64,000 nt of DNA, from NCBI GenBank assembly GCA_002748355.1, contig PDSF01000041.1, forward strand, positions 6,293-70,292, given 5' to 3'. Source of the stretch: Planctomycetota bacterium. GTDB lineage: Bacteria; Planctomycetota; UBA1135; GCA-002748355. The translations under genes were made by a program, and so were the position numbers. Of the stretch, positions 45,360-55,410 are shown piece after piece (position 1 is the stretch's first letter; each line of letters begins with the position of its first letter). The notes under the pieces were generated by a model. That model was given only the letters and a program-made list of their open reading frames with translations. It did no database searches and was not told the DNA's origin.

Positions 45360-46847
45360 ATGTCGATCTACGTCATCGTCGTCTCGCTCTACCTGTTCGC
45401 CCTGATCGGGCTCGGTGCTCTGAAGGCTGGCAAGGTCAAGAGCCAGGAAGACTTCAGTCTGGCCGGACGCGGCCTGAGCACCTTTGTGCTGGTGGGCACC
45501 CTGCTAGCGACCTGGATCGGCACCGGCAGCGTCTTTGGCAATGCGCAGAAGACCTACCAGCTCGGCGTCGGGGCCTTTGTGCTGCCGGTTGCTGGCACGC
45601 TTGGCATCTTGCTGCTCTCGTTCCTGGCCTTCCGCATCCGGCGTTTCGAAGGCTTCACCATCCAAGACATCCTCGAGAAGCGTTTTGGTGTTGGGGCGCG
45701 GATCGTGGGGGTGATTACCCTGGCGCTCGCCTACGTCATTATCGTCAGCTACCAATATCGAGCGGGCGCGGCGGTGCTGGAACGTCTGGCTCCCAGTATC
45801 GCCGGCACGGTCTGGCCGGTCTTGATCGTGGCCTTCTTCGTCATCGCCTACACCGCGCTGGCCGGGATGATCTCGGTGGCCTACACCGATGTGGCAGGCG
45901 GCATCTTGATCGTCATTGGTATTGCCATCGCCCTGCCGATACTCATTTCGCAGGCCGGCGGCATCGAAGCTGGCCTGGAGGCGCTGCCCCAAGACCTGCA
46001 AGAACCGAGCAGCGGCTACTCCTCGCTCAAGCTGATCAACTGGCTGCTGCCTCCCTTCCTGCTGATTCTTGGCGACGCCAATATGTATCAGCGCTTCTTC
46101 TCGGCGAAGACAGCAAAGGTGGCGCGAGCGAGTGCCCTGTGGCTGATCCTCGGTATTGCCGTGATCGAAGCCGCGATTATCGCGACGGCGCTCTTTGGCC
46201 GCATCCTCGTCGAGCAGGGCAAGCTCACGGCGCCGGATAACGCCGCCCACATTATCGTGGCCATCTCCTTCGAGGTGCTGCCGCCCTTCCTTGGGGCGAT
46301 GCTGATAGCGGTGATTATCGCTATCGTTGTTTCCACCGCCGATAGCTATCTGCTGGCGCCGGCCACCTCGATGGTGCGAGACGTCTACCAGCGCTTCATT
46401 GCGCCCGAAGCCCCGGTCAGGCGCGTGGTCTTCCTCGGCCGACTGATCGTGGTGATTCTCGGCCTGATCGCGCTGTGGATGGCCTTCCAGTCCGATCTCT
46501 TCTTCGAAGTCTCGCTCTTCGCTTACACGGTCTACGGGGCGACGATTACCCCGGTCATGTTGGCGGCCTTCTTCTGGCCAAGAGCGACCAAGAAAGGGGC
46601 TCTCTTCGGCATGCTGGCCGGCATTACCGTCGCTCTCATCTGGCAGGCCCTAGCTTTCCACTGGGAAGGGCCTACGGTTCCATGCGTCTTCGAAACTTGG
46701 ATCTTTGGCGGCCTACCCGAGAAGGGCGAGACGCATTTGATCACCAGCATCGACGCCGTGCTGCCAGCGCTCGTGGCTAGCAGCCTGGTCCTGGTTGTCG
46801 TCAGCCTGCTCGGCAAGGCGCCGGAGCGAGGTGAGCGCACGATTTGA
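45360..46847 (+). CDS. Sodium:solute symporter family protein
   Basis: DFSLAGRGL, ATWIGTGS, YTALAGMISVAYTD, QRFFSAK, STADS; about 13 TM helices. Confidence 0.92.
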   Translation: MSIYVIVVSLYLFALIGLGALKAGKVKSQEDFSLAGRGLSTFVLVGTLLATWIGTGSVFGNAQKTYQLGVGAFVLPVAGTLGILLLSFLAFRIRRFEGFTIQDILEKRFGVGARIVGVITLALAYVIIVSYQYRAGAAVLERLAPSIAGTVWPVLIVAFFVIAYTALAGMISVAYTDVAGGILIVIGIAIALPILISQAGGIEAGLEALPQDLQEPSSGYSSLKLINWLLPPFLLILGDANMYQRFFSAKTAKVARASALWLILGIAVIEAAIIATALFGRILVEQGKLTAPDNAAHIIVAISFEVLPPFLGAMLIAVIIAIVVSTADSYLLAPATSMVRDVYQRFIAPEAPVRRVVFLGRLIVVILGLIALWMAFQSDLFFEVSLFAYTVYGATITPVMLAAFFWPRATKKGALFGMLAGITVALIWQALAFHWEGPTVPCVFETWIFGGLPEKGETHLITSIDAVLPALVASSLVLVVVSLLGKAPERGERTI

Positions 46848-46880
46848 GTAGGTCGACTGCCTGCGAGCTGGCCCTCAATA

Positions 46881-46920
46881 ACGCCTCGGCGAATCGATGG
46901 CTTCACCGAGGCGTGTTGTT
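46881..46920. terminator. Terminator-like hairpin between convergent genes
   Basis: ACGCCTCGGCGAA / TTCACCGAGGCGT (one mismatch), followed by GTTGTT. Confidence 0.6.
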
Positions 46921-47030
46921 GCCGCCGTGCCGCCGTGCCGCCGTGCCACTGTGCCGCCGTGCCACTGTGCCGCCGTGCCACTGTGCCGCCGTGCCGCCGT
47001 GCCACTGTGCCGCTGTGCCGCGGTGCCGCT
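46919..47030. repeat. 8-bp intergenic VNTR GTGCC(G/A)C(C/T/G), 13 full units plus one degenerate unit
   Basis: GTGCCGCC, GTGCCACT, GTGCCGCT and GTGCCGCG units read directly at 46927-47030. Confidence 0.95.
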
Positions 47031-47044
47031 GTGGCTAGCGTGAA

Positions 47045-49747
47045 CTAGTGCTGGAAGTGATAGAGATACACCGTTCCTGGAGGCATACCTTTGACGCTGC
47101 CACCGGTTTTCTCGTTGATGACGAAGGTCTTGGAGAACTCTGTGAGCGGGATTTCCTGTTCGACGATGGCGATTTCTTCACTGTTGCGGTTATTGGCTCG
47201 CGGGTCGGCGGCGCTGCCATCGGGTTTGGCGAGCTTATAGAGCTTGATCGAGCGCGGCGTGTTACTGAAGGGCAGATCCAGGGCCACGGTGGTGTAGCCA
47301 TCGCCGAAATCGACGCCGTCGTGCTTGCCGTCTAGCTTACGCGAGAGGATGAAGACGCTGGTGGACGACTTGCCGTCCCTGATGGCGTAGGCGCCGATGA
47401 GCGGCAGCTCCTTGCCCTGCCGGGTGATCGTCGGGCCGGGGGTGACGCTGACTTCGAGCATTTCCTCGCCCGGGGCATAGCGGTTGCGTAGCGCCAGGGC
47501 TAGCCAACCGGGGTGGGCGCGGAAGCCGCCAGCCTCGGGAGGGGTGTGGGAGGACCACCACTTTCCAGCTTTGAAACCAAGATAGCATTGGTGCCCGTAG
47601 CCGTTCTGGCTCGAGTAAAGCCAGGAGTCGAGAGCTGCCACGCCCATGCCCAGTGACTTGCCGTATAGCTCGTCGACCTCAGGATTGTTCTTATTCTGCC
47701 AGTAACCGCTCGGGCCTCCTTCGTAGGCGATAACCCGGTACTCCGTGCCCTGAGAAGCACCTAGCTGTTTTTGCATGGCCACAGCGTTTTCGATGAGCTG
47801 TTTCATTCTGGTGAGCATGCCCAGCAGGGTCTCCTGCATACCGTGGTCATTGAAGGAGCTTGATCCTGAGTCCCCGGTCTCCCACTTAGGGCCGACATAG
47901 TTGGCGTGGCCGACATAGCTGATGATGGGGCCGGCCGCCTTGACCGCTGCTTCGGCGTACGTCGTCTGCGTGGCTTGGTAGTTGCCGCCTAGGGCGAACT
48001 TGATCTTGTTACTCAGCTTGTATTGGCTCCAGGCAGGCATCTGCGCCACGTTGTTTTGGAACATGAAGCGGGCGAACAGTCCATACTCCACTCCGCCATA
48101 ATGAACGTAGCCTGGCCGTCCAAAGCCATGCCAGCCGTAGCCTCCGGCGCCGTTGTGCCAGGTTTCGTTGCCATACTCGATGATGATTTCTCGGAACTCC
48201 TCGGTCCAGGGTGTGCCGTTGTTGCCGCGCTGCTTGTAACGCATATGGGCGTAAGGTTTGCTTGTCGGCGTATCCTTGGATGGGTCATAGGGGACACCGA
48301 GGTATTCCACCACCGCCATCCAGTCATGCTCGGTAAACTCCTCGCTGAGAGTCAGGTAGGGGACAACGCGATCGTCGGGATGATTACCTGTTTTGAGTGC
48401 CCAGAGCATGTTCTGGGCGATGCTTGCACCAGAGAACGCTTTGAATCTACCGCTGTTTCCGTCATAGGAAGCGTTTGGATAATTACTCAGCAGGGCCTGC
48501 ACCGTCGAGTTGCTATAGCTAAGAGGGAAAAAACGAATCGCCGGCTTGATTCCTCTCGTAGGTGAACTCCGCATCATTTCGTCGAAGCTGATCTCATGAG
48601 GACCAAAGGGCTTCTTGTCGTGCTTGCTGTCGTAGCGGTAGACGAGGAAGTTATCGATGTAGAGTTTTCCCGGGCCGGTGAACTCAAGGCCCTGAGCTAT
48701 ATGCCCTCCCGAGCTGGGATATTTTGGCGCAACGAAATCGTAGCTGAAGTGCTGCCAAGTGCCGGTGACCTTCCATGCGGTCTTTTGATTGGCGCTGTCA
48801 TAGGCGCGGTTTGAATAAAAACGGAAGCGCACCTTGCCGTCATCACCGAGTCCTTCCTGACGTAGCCAGGCCTCGGCACGGTAGCTCGCCCCGGGGTGCA
48901 GCTGGGAATACCACTGTCCCTCGCCCTGGTCGTAGGGGTGGTAGATGTACTGGCCAGCCCTCTGAGTGCTGGCATTGGTTGCGGTGAGTTCAAGGCACGT
49001 CTCGCCGGGCTCGCTGAAGCTCGCTGGTATTGGCGTGGGGTGCGGAACGAGCTTTCCCTTGGTGCCGCTGTCAGAGAGTTTGAGATAGGGGCTATCCCCG
49101 TCGTAGTACTGGTGTAGGCGACTGTGGAGCAGGTTTTTGGCGATGTAATTGCTCTTTAACTGCAGCAGGATGTAGTCGCCGATCTGTAGGTCTAGTTCCT
49201 TGTCCAGATAGACCTGGTTCTGTCCTCCTGGGCCCTGGGCGATCCAGCCGCCTTGTGGAACCTTGGCTTGGCCGAGCTTCTTTACATGGTCTGCCCCCGC
49301 AGCATTTTGAAGCCCTCCGGTGAAGGCTAAGGGCTGGCCCGAGGCATCTACCAGGCGGTAGGCGTCGATCCTGGCCCCGTCGCCGAAGCCGCTGCTGTTG
49401 GTCTTCCAGTGGTGTACCCCGCCGGCAGAATCCCAGGAAAACCACTGTCCCTTGCTGTCGACGCCGGCCCGCTCCACCCGAAGGAGTTTACGGAGCACCA
49501 TGGGTTCGAAGCCGCTGCCTCGAACATGATTGTTCATGGCGAGGTTTGTGCCCCCAGTGATGGTTCCGAGGTTGGCCCCTAGGGGCTCCACACCGGTCTG
49601 GATCACCTTTGAAGAAACGATGACCTTCGCCGCTGTCTTCACGGGGGGGGTGAGCTTGTTGGAAATCTGTGCGGATCCAGGACTGCAAGAGCTTGCGAGA
49701 GGGAGCAGGGTTGCAGCCACCAACCACGATTGCATGAATCGCATCAT
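47045..49747 (-). CDS. Large lipoprotein, probable clan GH-A glycoside hydrolase with a CBM-like domain
   Basis: Lipobox LASSC; PGASYRAEAW...YIDNF CBM4/9-like domain; EYGNETW acid/base-like motif; AYEGGP nucleophile-like motif; C-terminal beta-sandwich. Confidence 0.65.
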   Translation of the reverse strand: MMRFMQSWLVAATLLPLASSCSPGSAQISNKLTPPVKTAAKVIVSSKVIQTGVEPLGANLGTITGGTNLAMNNHVRGSGFEPMVLRKLLRVERAGVDSKGQWFSWDSAGGVHHWKTNSSGFGDGARIDAYRLVDASGQPLAFTGGLQNAAGADHVKKLGQAKVPQGGWIAQGPGGQNQVYLDKELDLQIGDYILLQLKSNYIAKNLLHSRLHQYYDGDSPYLKLSDSGTKGKLVPHPTPIPASFSEPGETCLELTATNASTQRAGQYIYHPYDQGEGQWYSQLHPGASYRAEAWLRQEGLGDDGKVRFRFYSNRAYDSANQKTAWKVTGTWQHFSYDFVAPKYPSSGGHIAQGLEFTGPGKLYIDNFLVYRYDSKHDKKPFGPHEISFDEMMRSSPTRGIKPAIRFFPLSYSNSTVQALLSNYPNASYDGNSGRFKAFSGASIAQNMLWALKTGNHPDDRVVPYLTLSEEFTEHDWMAVVEYLGVPYDPSKDTPTSKPYAHMRYKQRGNNGTPWTEEFREIIIEYGNETWHNGAGGYGWHGFGRPGYVHYGGVEYGLFARFMFQNNVAQMPAWSQYKLSNKIKFALGGNYQATQTTYAEAAVKAAGPIISYVGHANYVGPKWETGDSGSSSFNDHGMQETLLGMLTRMKQLIENAVAMQKQLGASQGTEYRVIAYEGGPSGYWQNKNNPEVDELYGKSLGMGVAALDSWLYSSQNGYGHQCYLGFKAGKWWSSHTPPEAGGFRAHPGWLALALRNRYAPGEEMLEVSVTPGPTITRQGKELPLIGAYAIRDGKSSTSVFILSRKLDGKHDGVDFGDGYTTVALDLPFSNTPRSIKLYKLAKPDGSAADPRANNRNSEEIAIVEQEIPLTEFSKTFVINEKTGGSVKGMPPGTVYLYHFQH

Positions 49748-50398
49748 ACGGACCTCTTGTTCATCCTCGGACATATCGTCGATGGGGGGGGCTGGCTGGC
49801 GGCCGCAACTGAGCGGCGAGCAAAGCCATGCTCCTCATTGTTGTGAGCTAGGGTTAGGAGCTTCGGCGCATTTCAGTATCGGGTCATGCCTTGGTGACCG
49901 ATCGGAATCGCCCTCTTTCCGGTTTGCTTTGCTTATGAAGAAGCTAGGCCATGGCCCATGGCTGGTGCCGTAGTCTGCCGTTTGCGCCGGACCGTACCTT
50001 GGGCGATGACCTTGCACAGCCGTGCTTTTGAACCTCTGATTCGACAAGAAATTCTCAGGCGGAAACCTCTGCCTCTGTAAGGGAAAAACCTCGTTTCAGT
50101 TTGCAGAGGACGTGAACCCGGTATCGGTGAAATCATGCCTCATCTTTAGGATGGCCCCACTCAGCATCCCGATCATCGCCCTCGATTCGTTTGCGGGGCG
50201 GCGCCCCTTATGCGGCTCACTTGCTAGTCGGTCTGCGCCTGAATCCTGGTGGGAACTGTCAACTATCTGCATCGGGGCTGGTCCATGTCGATGCTTGCCA
50301 AAAGGCTGTGCCCCTTCGTATGAGAAACATGGTTGATGTTTCATATGCTTTGGACAGCTTTTGGGTTACAGGGTCGCTCCTCGTAGCCAGGGCCGTGG

Positions 50399-52051
50399 TT
50401 ACCAACCCGCGGCTTGGCCGTCTTTGCGTGACTCGCTGGCGCCGATGTACACGCCGCGTTGCGTGTCGTGGAGGATGGCTTGGTAGCCGCCGAAGCCTCC
50501 CATGCGTCGCCGGAGCTGGTGGCCGAGGCTTTTGAGGCGGTAGATGCTCGCCTCGGGCGTGCCGTTCTCGACGTAGACCCGTCCCGCACCGCTCATGGGT
50601 TCTCCCGTCGCTTGCGAGCTGCCGTAGTGCCGGAGCCGGGGCGCGTCGCCGGCTTCTTGCAGGCCTAGACCGAAGTCGATCATGTTGACCAGGATCTGCA
50701 CCTGGCCCTGTGCTTGCATGGCGCCGCCCATGACGCCGAAGCTCATGTAGGGCTCGCCGTCCTTGGTCACGAAGGCGGGGATCAGGGTGTGGAAGGGGCG
50801 CTTTCCTGGGGCGTAGCTATTGGGCCGACCCGCTTGCAGGTCGAAGAGTTCTCCGCGGTTTTGCAGGACGAAACCGAGCCCCGCCGGGGTGATGCCTGAG
50901 CCCATGCCGCGGTAGTTGCTCTGGGTCAGCGAGACCATGTTGCCCTCGCTGTCGGCGACCGTCAGGTAGACGGTGTCGCCGTCCTCGAGTCCGAACTCCG
51001 GAGGAGGAAGCTCTTTGAGCACCGAGTCTCGGCGGATGAGCTTGCGACGCTGCTCGGCATAGCTTTTGGAGATCAGCTGTTCGGTGGGGACCCTTGCGAA
51101 GTCGGGGTCGGCATAGAATCGCGCCCTATCCTCGAAGGCCAGTTTCTTGGCTTCGATGAGGAGGTGGAGCCACTCGGGGCTGCCGCGGCCCATGGCCGGC
51201 AGGTCGTAGGCCTCCAGGAGATTGAGCATCTGTAGGGTGCAGATCCCCTGGCTGTTGGGAGGAAGCTCCCAGACTTCATAGCCACGATAGGTCGTCGATA
51301 CGGGCGTAACCCACTCGCTGTGCTGCCCTGCCAGGTCGGACAGGCTCATAAAGCCGCCCTGCTCCCGCAGTTCTTTGACGATCGCGCTGGCGATTTCGCC
51401 GCTGTAGAAGGCCTGGCGTCCGCCCTCGGCGATGATCTCCAGCGTGTTTGCCAGGGCAGGGTTCTCGAAGACCTCGCCCTTACGCGGGGCCCTGCCGCCG
51501 GGTAGGTAGATTTCGGCGAAGTTCGGGAAATGCCGCAGGAGCTCGGCATGGTGCTGCCATTCGTAGGCGATGACTTCACTGACCGGGAAGCCCTCGCGCG
51601 CGTAGTGGATGGCTGGTCTGAGCACTTCGGCCATTGGCAGCTTGCCGAAGCGCTGGTGCAAGGTGAACCAGCCGTCGACACATGCCGGGACGCTCACCGA
51701 TAACGCGCCCAAGGCCGGGATTTTTTCCAGGCCCATGCTTTGCAAGTCTCGCAGGCTCAGCGCCTGTGGGGAGCGTCCGGAGCCATTGAGCCCGTGGAGT
51801 TTTCTCTCCTTGGCGTCCCAGAGCATGGCGAAGAGGTCGCCGCCGATACCGCTACCGGTCGGCTCGACGACACCGAGCAGGGCGCCTGCGGCGATGGCGG
51901 CATCGACAGCGCTTCCGCCCTGTCTCAGGATCTCTAAGGCGCACTGGGTCGCAAGCGGCTGGCTCGTTGCCGCCATCGCGTTTCTGGCGAGGCTTTCCGA
52001 ACGGGTGGCCCAGGGCTGGCCAACGAAGCGGTTTTCTATCGGAGAGCTCAT
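50399..52051 (-). CDS. ggt: Gamma-glutamyltransferase-family Ntn hydrolase without signal peptide (HT-type)
   Basis: GGSAVDAAIA, ELPPNSQG, GDTVYLTVAD, PGKRPFHTLIP, GVMGG, ESRKDG. Confidence 0.9.
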   Translation of the reverse strand: MSSPIENRFVGQPWATRSESLARNAMAATSQPLATQCALEILRQGGSAVDAAIAAGALLGVVEPTGSGIGGDLFAMLWDAKERKLHGLNGSGRSPQALSLRDLQSMGLEKIPALGALSVSVPACVDGWFTLHQRFGKLPMAEVLRPAIHYAREGFPVSEVIAYEWQHHAELLRHFPNFAEIYLPGGRAPRKGEVFENPALANTLEIIAEGGRQAFYSGEIASAIVKELREQGGFMSLSDLAGQHSEWVTPVSTTYRGYEVWELPPNSQGICTLQMLNLLEAYDLPAMGRGSPEWLHLLIEAKKLAFEDRARFYADPDFARVPTEQLISKSYAEQRRKLIRRDSVLKELPPPEFGLEDGDTVYLTVADSEGNMVSLTQSNYRGMGSGITPAGLGFVLQNRGELFDLQAGRPNSYAPGKRPFHTLIPAFVTKDGEPYMSFGVMGGAMQAQGQVQILVNMIDFGLGLQEAGDAPRLRHYGSSQATGEPMSGAGRVYVENGTPEASIYRLKSLGHQLRRRMGGFGGYQAILHDTQRGVYIGASESRKDGQAAGW

Positions 52052-52063
52052 GGGGAAGGCCGG

Positions 52064-52966
52064 CTAGCGGGGCTTGGAGAAAACGAGGGGGCTGAACTCG
52101 GGATTGGGGGTGAAGTCCTCGAGATACCAGTGCTGGGCTTGTTGCATCTTGTGGGTCTTTGGATCTTCGACTCGCTTGATCCACTGGGTGGGCAGCTGCA
52201 TGCCGGCGTAGGAGCGAGGACGGATAAAGATGAGCTCCTCCAGGGCGCTGATCTTCTTGCCGGACACTGCGTCCATGGCGTAGTAGCGGTAGGCCAGAGG
52301 GAGGAAGCTCTTGGTATCGATGAGCATCGCCAGCTGCTGTGGCCCATCATGGTCGCGTAGGGACTGCAGTGGATAGTTGTCGCCGGCCGGATTCACGAAG
52401 CTGAGTTCGTAGGCCTCGCGCAGGGGGAAGCGTTTATTGATGCGCCATTCGACGAGGCCTGGCCCCTTCGGCTCTGCGGCTGCCTGCAAGATTTGATCGG
52501 GGAAGATCAGTCGCGGCACCAGGCGAGCGATGCGGAGGTAATCATTCGCCTGTTCGCGGTCGCGCTGATACTCCTTCTTGCGTGATAAATCCTGCACCTG
52601 GCCCTGACTCTTGAGCCAGAGCTGGCGGCCGTTGCGTACGTATTCAATCTGGTTCCGGTTCGCTTCGATCTCTACCCGCAGCGCCAGGGGTTTGCTTCGG
52701 TACCAGATCTTTGGCTGCAGGATGCTCTTGCCCTTGCTGTTCTCCAGTTTGAACTCGAGGCGGAGTTGGGCGCGGAAGGCGTGGAGCTTTTTAGGGGCCT
52801 TCTCGTCGCGTACGGCGTTGGCGATGCTTTGGATCAGCTTGGGCAGCTTGGGCAGCTTGGATTGGGCGCTGCTCTTTGTCGCATCCGCTTTTCCCTCTTG
52901 GGCGAGCAGGGAGCTGCTGAGCAGGGGGACGGCGAGAAAGGCTGCTAGGAGCACTGTGGTCTTCAT
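52064..52966 (-). CDS. Exported hypothetical protein, possibly LolA-like fold
   Basis: Signal peptide MKTTVLLAAFLAVPLLSSSLLAQ; beta-rich; IDTKSFLPL...P..W pattern. Confidence 0.55.
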   Translation of the reverse strand: MKTTVLLAAFLAVPLLSSSLLAQEGKADATKSSAQSKLPKLPKLIQSIANAVRDEKAPKKLHAFRAQLRLEFKLENSKGKSILQPKIWYRSKPLALRVEIEANRNQIEYVRNGRQLWLKSQGQVQDLSRKKEYQRDREQANDYLRIARLVPRLIFPDQILQAAAEPKGPGLVEWRINKRFPLREAYELSFVNPAGDNYPLQSLRDHDGPQQLAMLIDTKSFLPLAYRYYAMDAVSGKKISALEELIFIRPRSYAGMQLPTQWIKRVEDPKTHKMQQAQHWYLEDFTPNPEFSPLVFSKPR

Positions 52967-53008
52967 GGGGCCAGTGTTGCGCATGAGAGGGGGGGCGTTC
53001 CAGCGCGG

Positions 53009-53980
53009 TCAGAGAAGGGAGAGGCTGCCGACTGCCAGCAACAGGTGGAGGGCGGCGAGGACGGGAGCCACGGCCGCATGGGGGAGCAGGGCCTCGAGTC
53101 GATGGGCTAGGTGCCGACGATCAGCCTGCCAGGGCGGGATGCGGTGGAGGATTCGGACAATGCTGACCTGGACCAGGTCGAGCAGGGGTAAGGCGCTGGT
53201 CGCTAGGAGGAAGGCGAGCAGGTCCTGTAGGTCGAGGATTGCCAGTGTTTCCACGGCTGAGCCTCGGTTCGTGAGCCAGAGCAGAGCCCCTTGCAGACTC
53301 ATATAGGCGAAGCCGAGGCCGAGGAGGTGGGAGCCGGCGTCGCCGAGGTAGCAGCGTGCGCGCGGGTAGTTCCAATAGAGAAAGCCCAGGAGCGGGAGCC
53401 CTAGACTCAGGGCAACGCGAAGGCTGAGGGCGCTGGTCAGTGGCGTGGAGCCCTCGCTGGGAAAGGCCCCAGAGAGGATGAGCAGGCAGCTGCTGCCGGC
53501 GACCCAGACGGCGGCGCCGTCGAAGTTGTCGAAGAAGTTCCAGGCGTTCTGCAGGAGCATGACGACAAAGCAGGTGCCGAGCACGAAGAGCATGCTCTCG
53601 AAGCTGAGGCCGAGGCTGCCCCAGTGCGTCTCTAGGAGAGCTGCAGCGACCGCGAGGCCGATGGCAGCTTGTCCCAGGACTTTGGGCAGGGCCCTGAGAC
53701 CCTGGGGCAGGCGATCGTCGCGGATGCCGAGGACCAGGGTGAGCAGGACGGCGATAAGGAAGGCGAGTGGCGCCTTGCTGCCTTCGCGCAAGGCGTCGCT
53801 CGCCAGCAGCAGGGAGCCGAGTCCCAAGGTGCCGGCACCGGCTAGCGGGATGGCTGCGCTTTGCCGTTTACGAGCCTGCCCCTCGGGATGATCGCTGCCA
53901 AAGATGGGGTAGCGCCGCAGCAGCAAGGGGGGGATCGCGCCGATGGCTATGCCGCTCAAGAGCATCCAGTTTTCGAACAT
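53009..53980 (-). CDS. Glycosyltransferase family 4 (WecA/TagO/MraY-like) polyprenyl-phosphate sugar-1-phosphate transferase
   Basis: LGIRDD, NAWNFFDNFDG, YLGDAGS, DRRHLAHRL; multi-TM. Confidence 0.85.
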   Translation of the reverse strand: MFENWMLLSGIAIGAIPPLLLRRYPIFGSDHPEGQARKRQSAAIPLAGAGTLGLGSLLLASDALREGSKAPLAFLIAVLLTLVLGIRDDRLPQGLRALPKVLGQAAIGLAVAAALLETHWGSLGLSFESMLFVLGTCFVVMLLQNAWNFFDNFDGAAVWVAGSSCLLILSGAFPSEGSTPLTSALSLRVALSLGLPLLGFLYWNYPRARCYLGDAGSHLLGLGFAYMSLQGALLWLTNRGSAVETLAILDLQDLLAFLLATSALPLLDLVQVSIVRILHRIPPWQADRRHLAHRLEALLPHAAVAPVLAALHLLLAVGSLSLL

Positions 53981-53993
53981 GCTTGGCTCGGTC

Positions 53994-54611
53994 TCAGCTT
54001 CTGTAGAGCCCGAGTTGGCGAATTCGGGCTAGGACTGCGGGGGAGATCAGTGTGCTGACCTCTTGGCCTTGGGCTAGTCGAGTGCGGACCTCGGTGGAGC
54101 TGATCGGGGCCGCCAAGCTCTTGCCGAGGATTCCGGCTCGCAGCTGTTTCTTTTCTTTGGCATCGAAGCCGGAGAGCTGCTCCAGGTCAGCGACCGAGAA
54201 ACCGGGGCGGGGAACGGTCAAGATTTGGCAGAGGCTCAGGATCTCGTGCACCTTGCGCCAGGACTCGAGATCGAGCAGGGAGTCGGAGCCGAGGAGCCAG
54301 CAGAGTTCCGCTTCCTGGCCCAGTTCGCCGCGGTGGCGCCGGAGGGTCTCCACCGTGTAGCTGGTCCCGCCGCGGCGGATCTCCTCGTCGCTGACCCGAA
54401 CCCTTGCCAGGGAGCCGAAGGCTAGCTCGCAGAGTTCAAACCGCAGCTCGGCGGAACTCATGGTTTGGGCATCCTTGTGCGGGGGGCTGCCTGCTGGCAC
54501 GACCCAGCACTCTGCCTGTGGCCGCGCGGCGAGCGCTCGGGCGATCAGCTCTTCATGGGCCCTTTGCGGGGGGTCGAAGCTGCCTCCGAATAGAATCCTG
54601 CACTTTGGCAT
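53994..54611 (-). CDS. nadD: Nicotinate-nucleotide adenylyltransferase
   Basis: FGGSFDPPQRAH, SYTVETL, LLGSDSL, ISSTEVR. Start moved to ATG 54611. Confidence 0.88.
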   Translation of the reverse strand: MPKCRILFGGSFDPPQRAHEELIARALAARPQAECWVVPAGSPPHKDAQTMSSAELRFELCELAFGSLARVRVSDEEIRRGGTSYTVETLRRHRGELGQEAELCWLLGSDSLLDLESWRKVHEILSLCQILTVPRPGFSVADLEQLSGFDAKEKKQLRAGILGKSLAAPISSTEVRTRLAQGQEVSTLISPAVLARIRQLGLYRS

Positions 54612-55104
54612 CGTGGCTCCCTGGCCGGCGGAGAAGGAGGGGCGCGTGGGCAGTGGGGCGAAGCTGGCACTCTGCCACTCAGCGGCCTCTTGCAACAGCT
54701 TGCTCGGCCAAAGCCTCGATGGGTCGAGGCTTTCTCTTCGTGCCCCGAGGAATCGGTCGATTCTCCGGTGTTTTCTGGCAGCAATTGGGTGCCGAATCCG
54801 GCCCTCAGTCACATGCGGGCTTTTTTCAGCGGCCTGCTAGGCCCGCTCCTGGGAAAAGCCTGTTGTTCCGGCTCTTATGCAAGGCTAGGTTGTCGCGCCT
54901 TCGAGGCCCCGGCCTCGGCTGCCCTTTCTTTCACCTCGTTCTCGCTCCGAAGCCTTGTCCCGGCCCGGCTGCGCGACCGAGTTCGTAACCCCACGATCCC
55001 GCATCGCAGCGCCTGGACGGATGGACCGTCAAATGCGCTGCGAGGTTCAGAGCTTACTCGCCGAGTCCGGCAGCCGAGCTCTGCATCACGCAATCGGAGG
55101 ACTG

Positions 55105-55410
55105 ATGCTGCACCGTTCGTTCGGCCGTCTCGCCAAGCTCACCCTTCCCGGCGTCCTTCTCCTGGCCGCGTCCTGCACCTCGTTCAGCTGGACCAGCCGT
55201 CCCATCATCACCGAGGAGCAGGAAGCTGCTGGCATCAAGAGCGTTCAGGAACTGCGCAACGACTATGAATCGCAGCGCTACTGGGCGTTCTGGCGCGACA
55301 ACCTCCACGGCAAGTGGGACAGCTTGGGTCGGCGCCTGAGCAACCTCCACCAGACCTTTGACCGCCATTTCATGAGCTACGACTGGGACGAGCCGAACGC
55401 GACTCGCTGA
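55105..55410 (+). CDS. Small hypothetical lipoprotein (101 aa)
   Basis: RBS GGAGG; lipobox LAASC. Confidence 0.7.
   Translation: MLHRSFGRLAKLTLPGVLLLAASCTSFSWTSRPIITEEQEAAGIKSVQELRNDYESQRYWAFWRDNLHGKWDSLGRRLSNLHQTFDRHFMSYDWDEPNATR

Noticed and set aside
46919-47030. Tandem arrays (also 14255, 55809, 62845) as CRISPR arrays
   Set aside because: Units are 8-17 bp and adjacent with no unique spacers; there are no cas genes.
49880-49990. c-di-GMP-I riboswitch on the minus strand (GCAAACCGGAAAG)
   Set aside because: Only a partial GCAAAC/GAAA match; the GACGCAAAGCC segment and second stem are missing.
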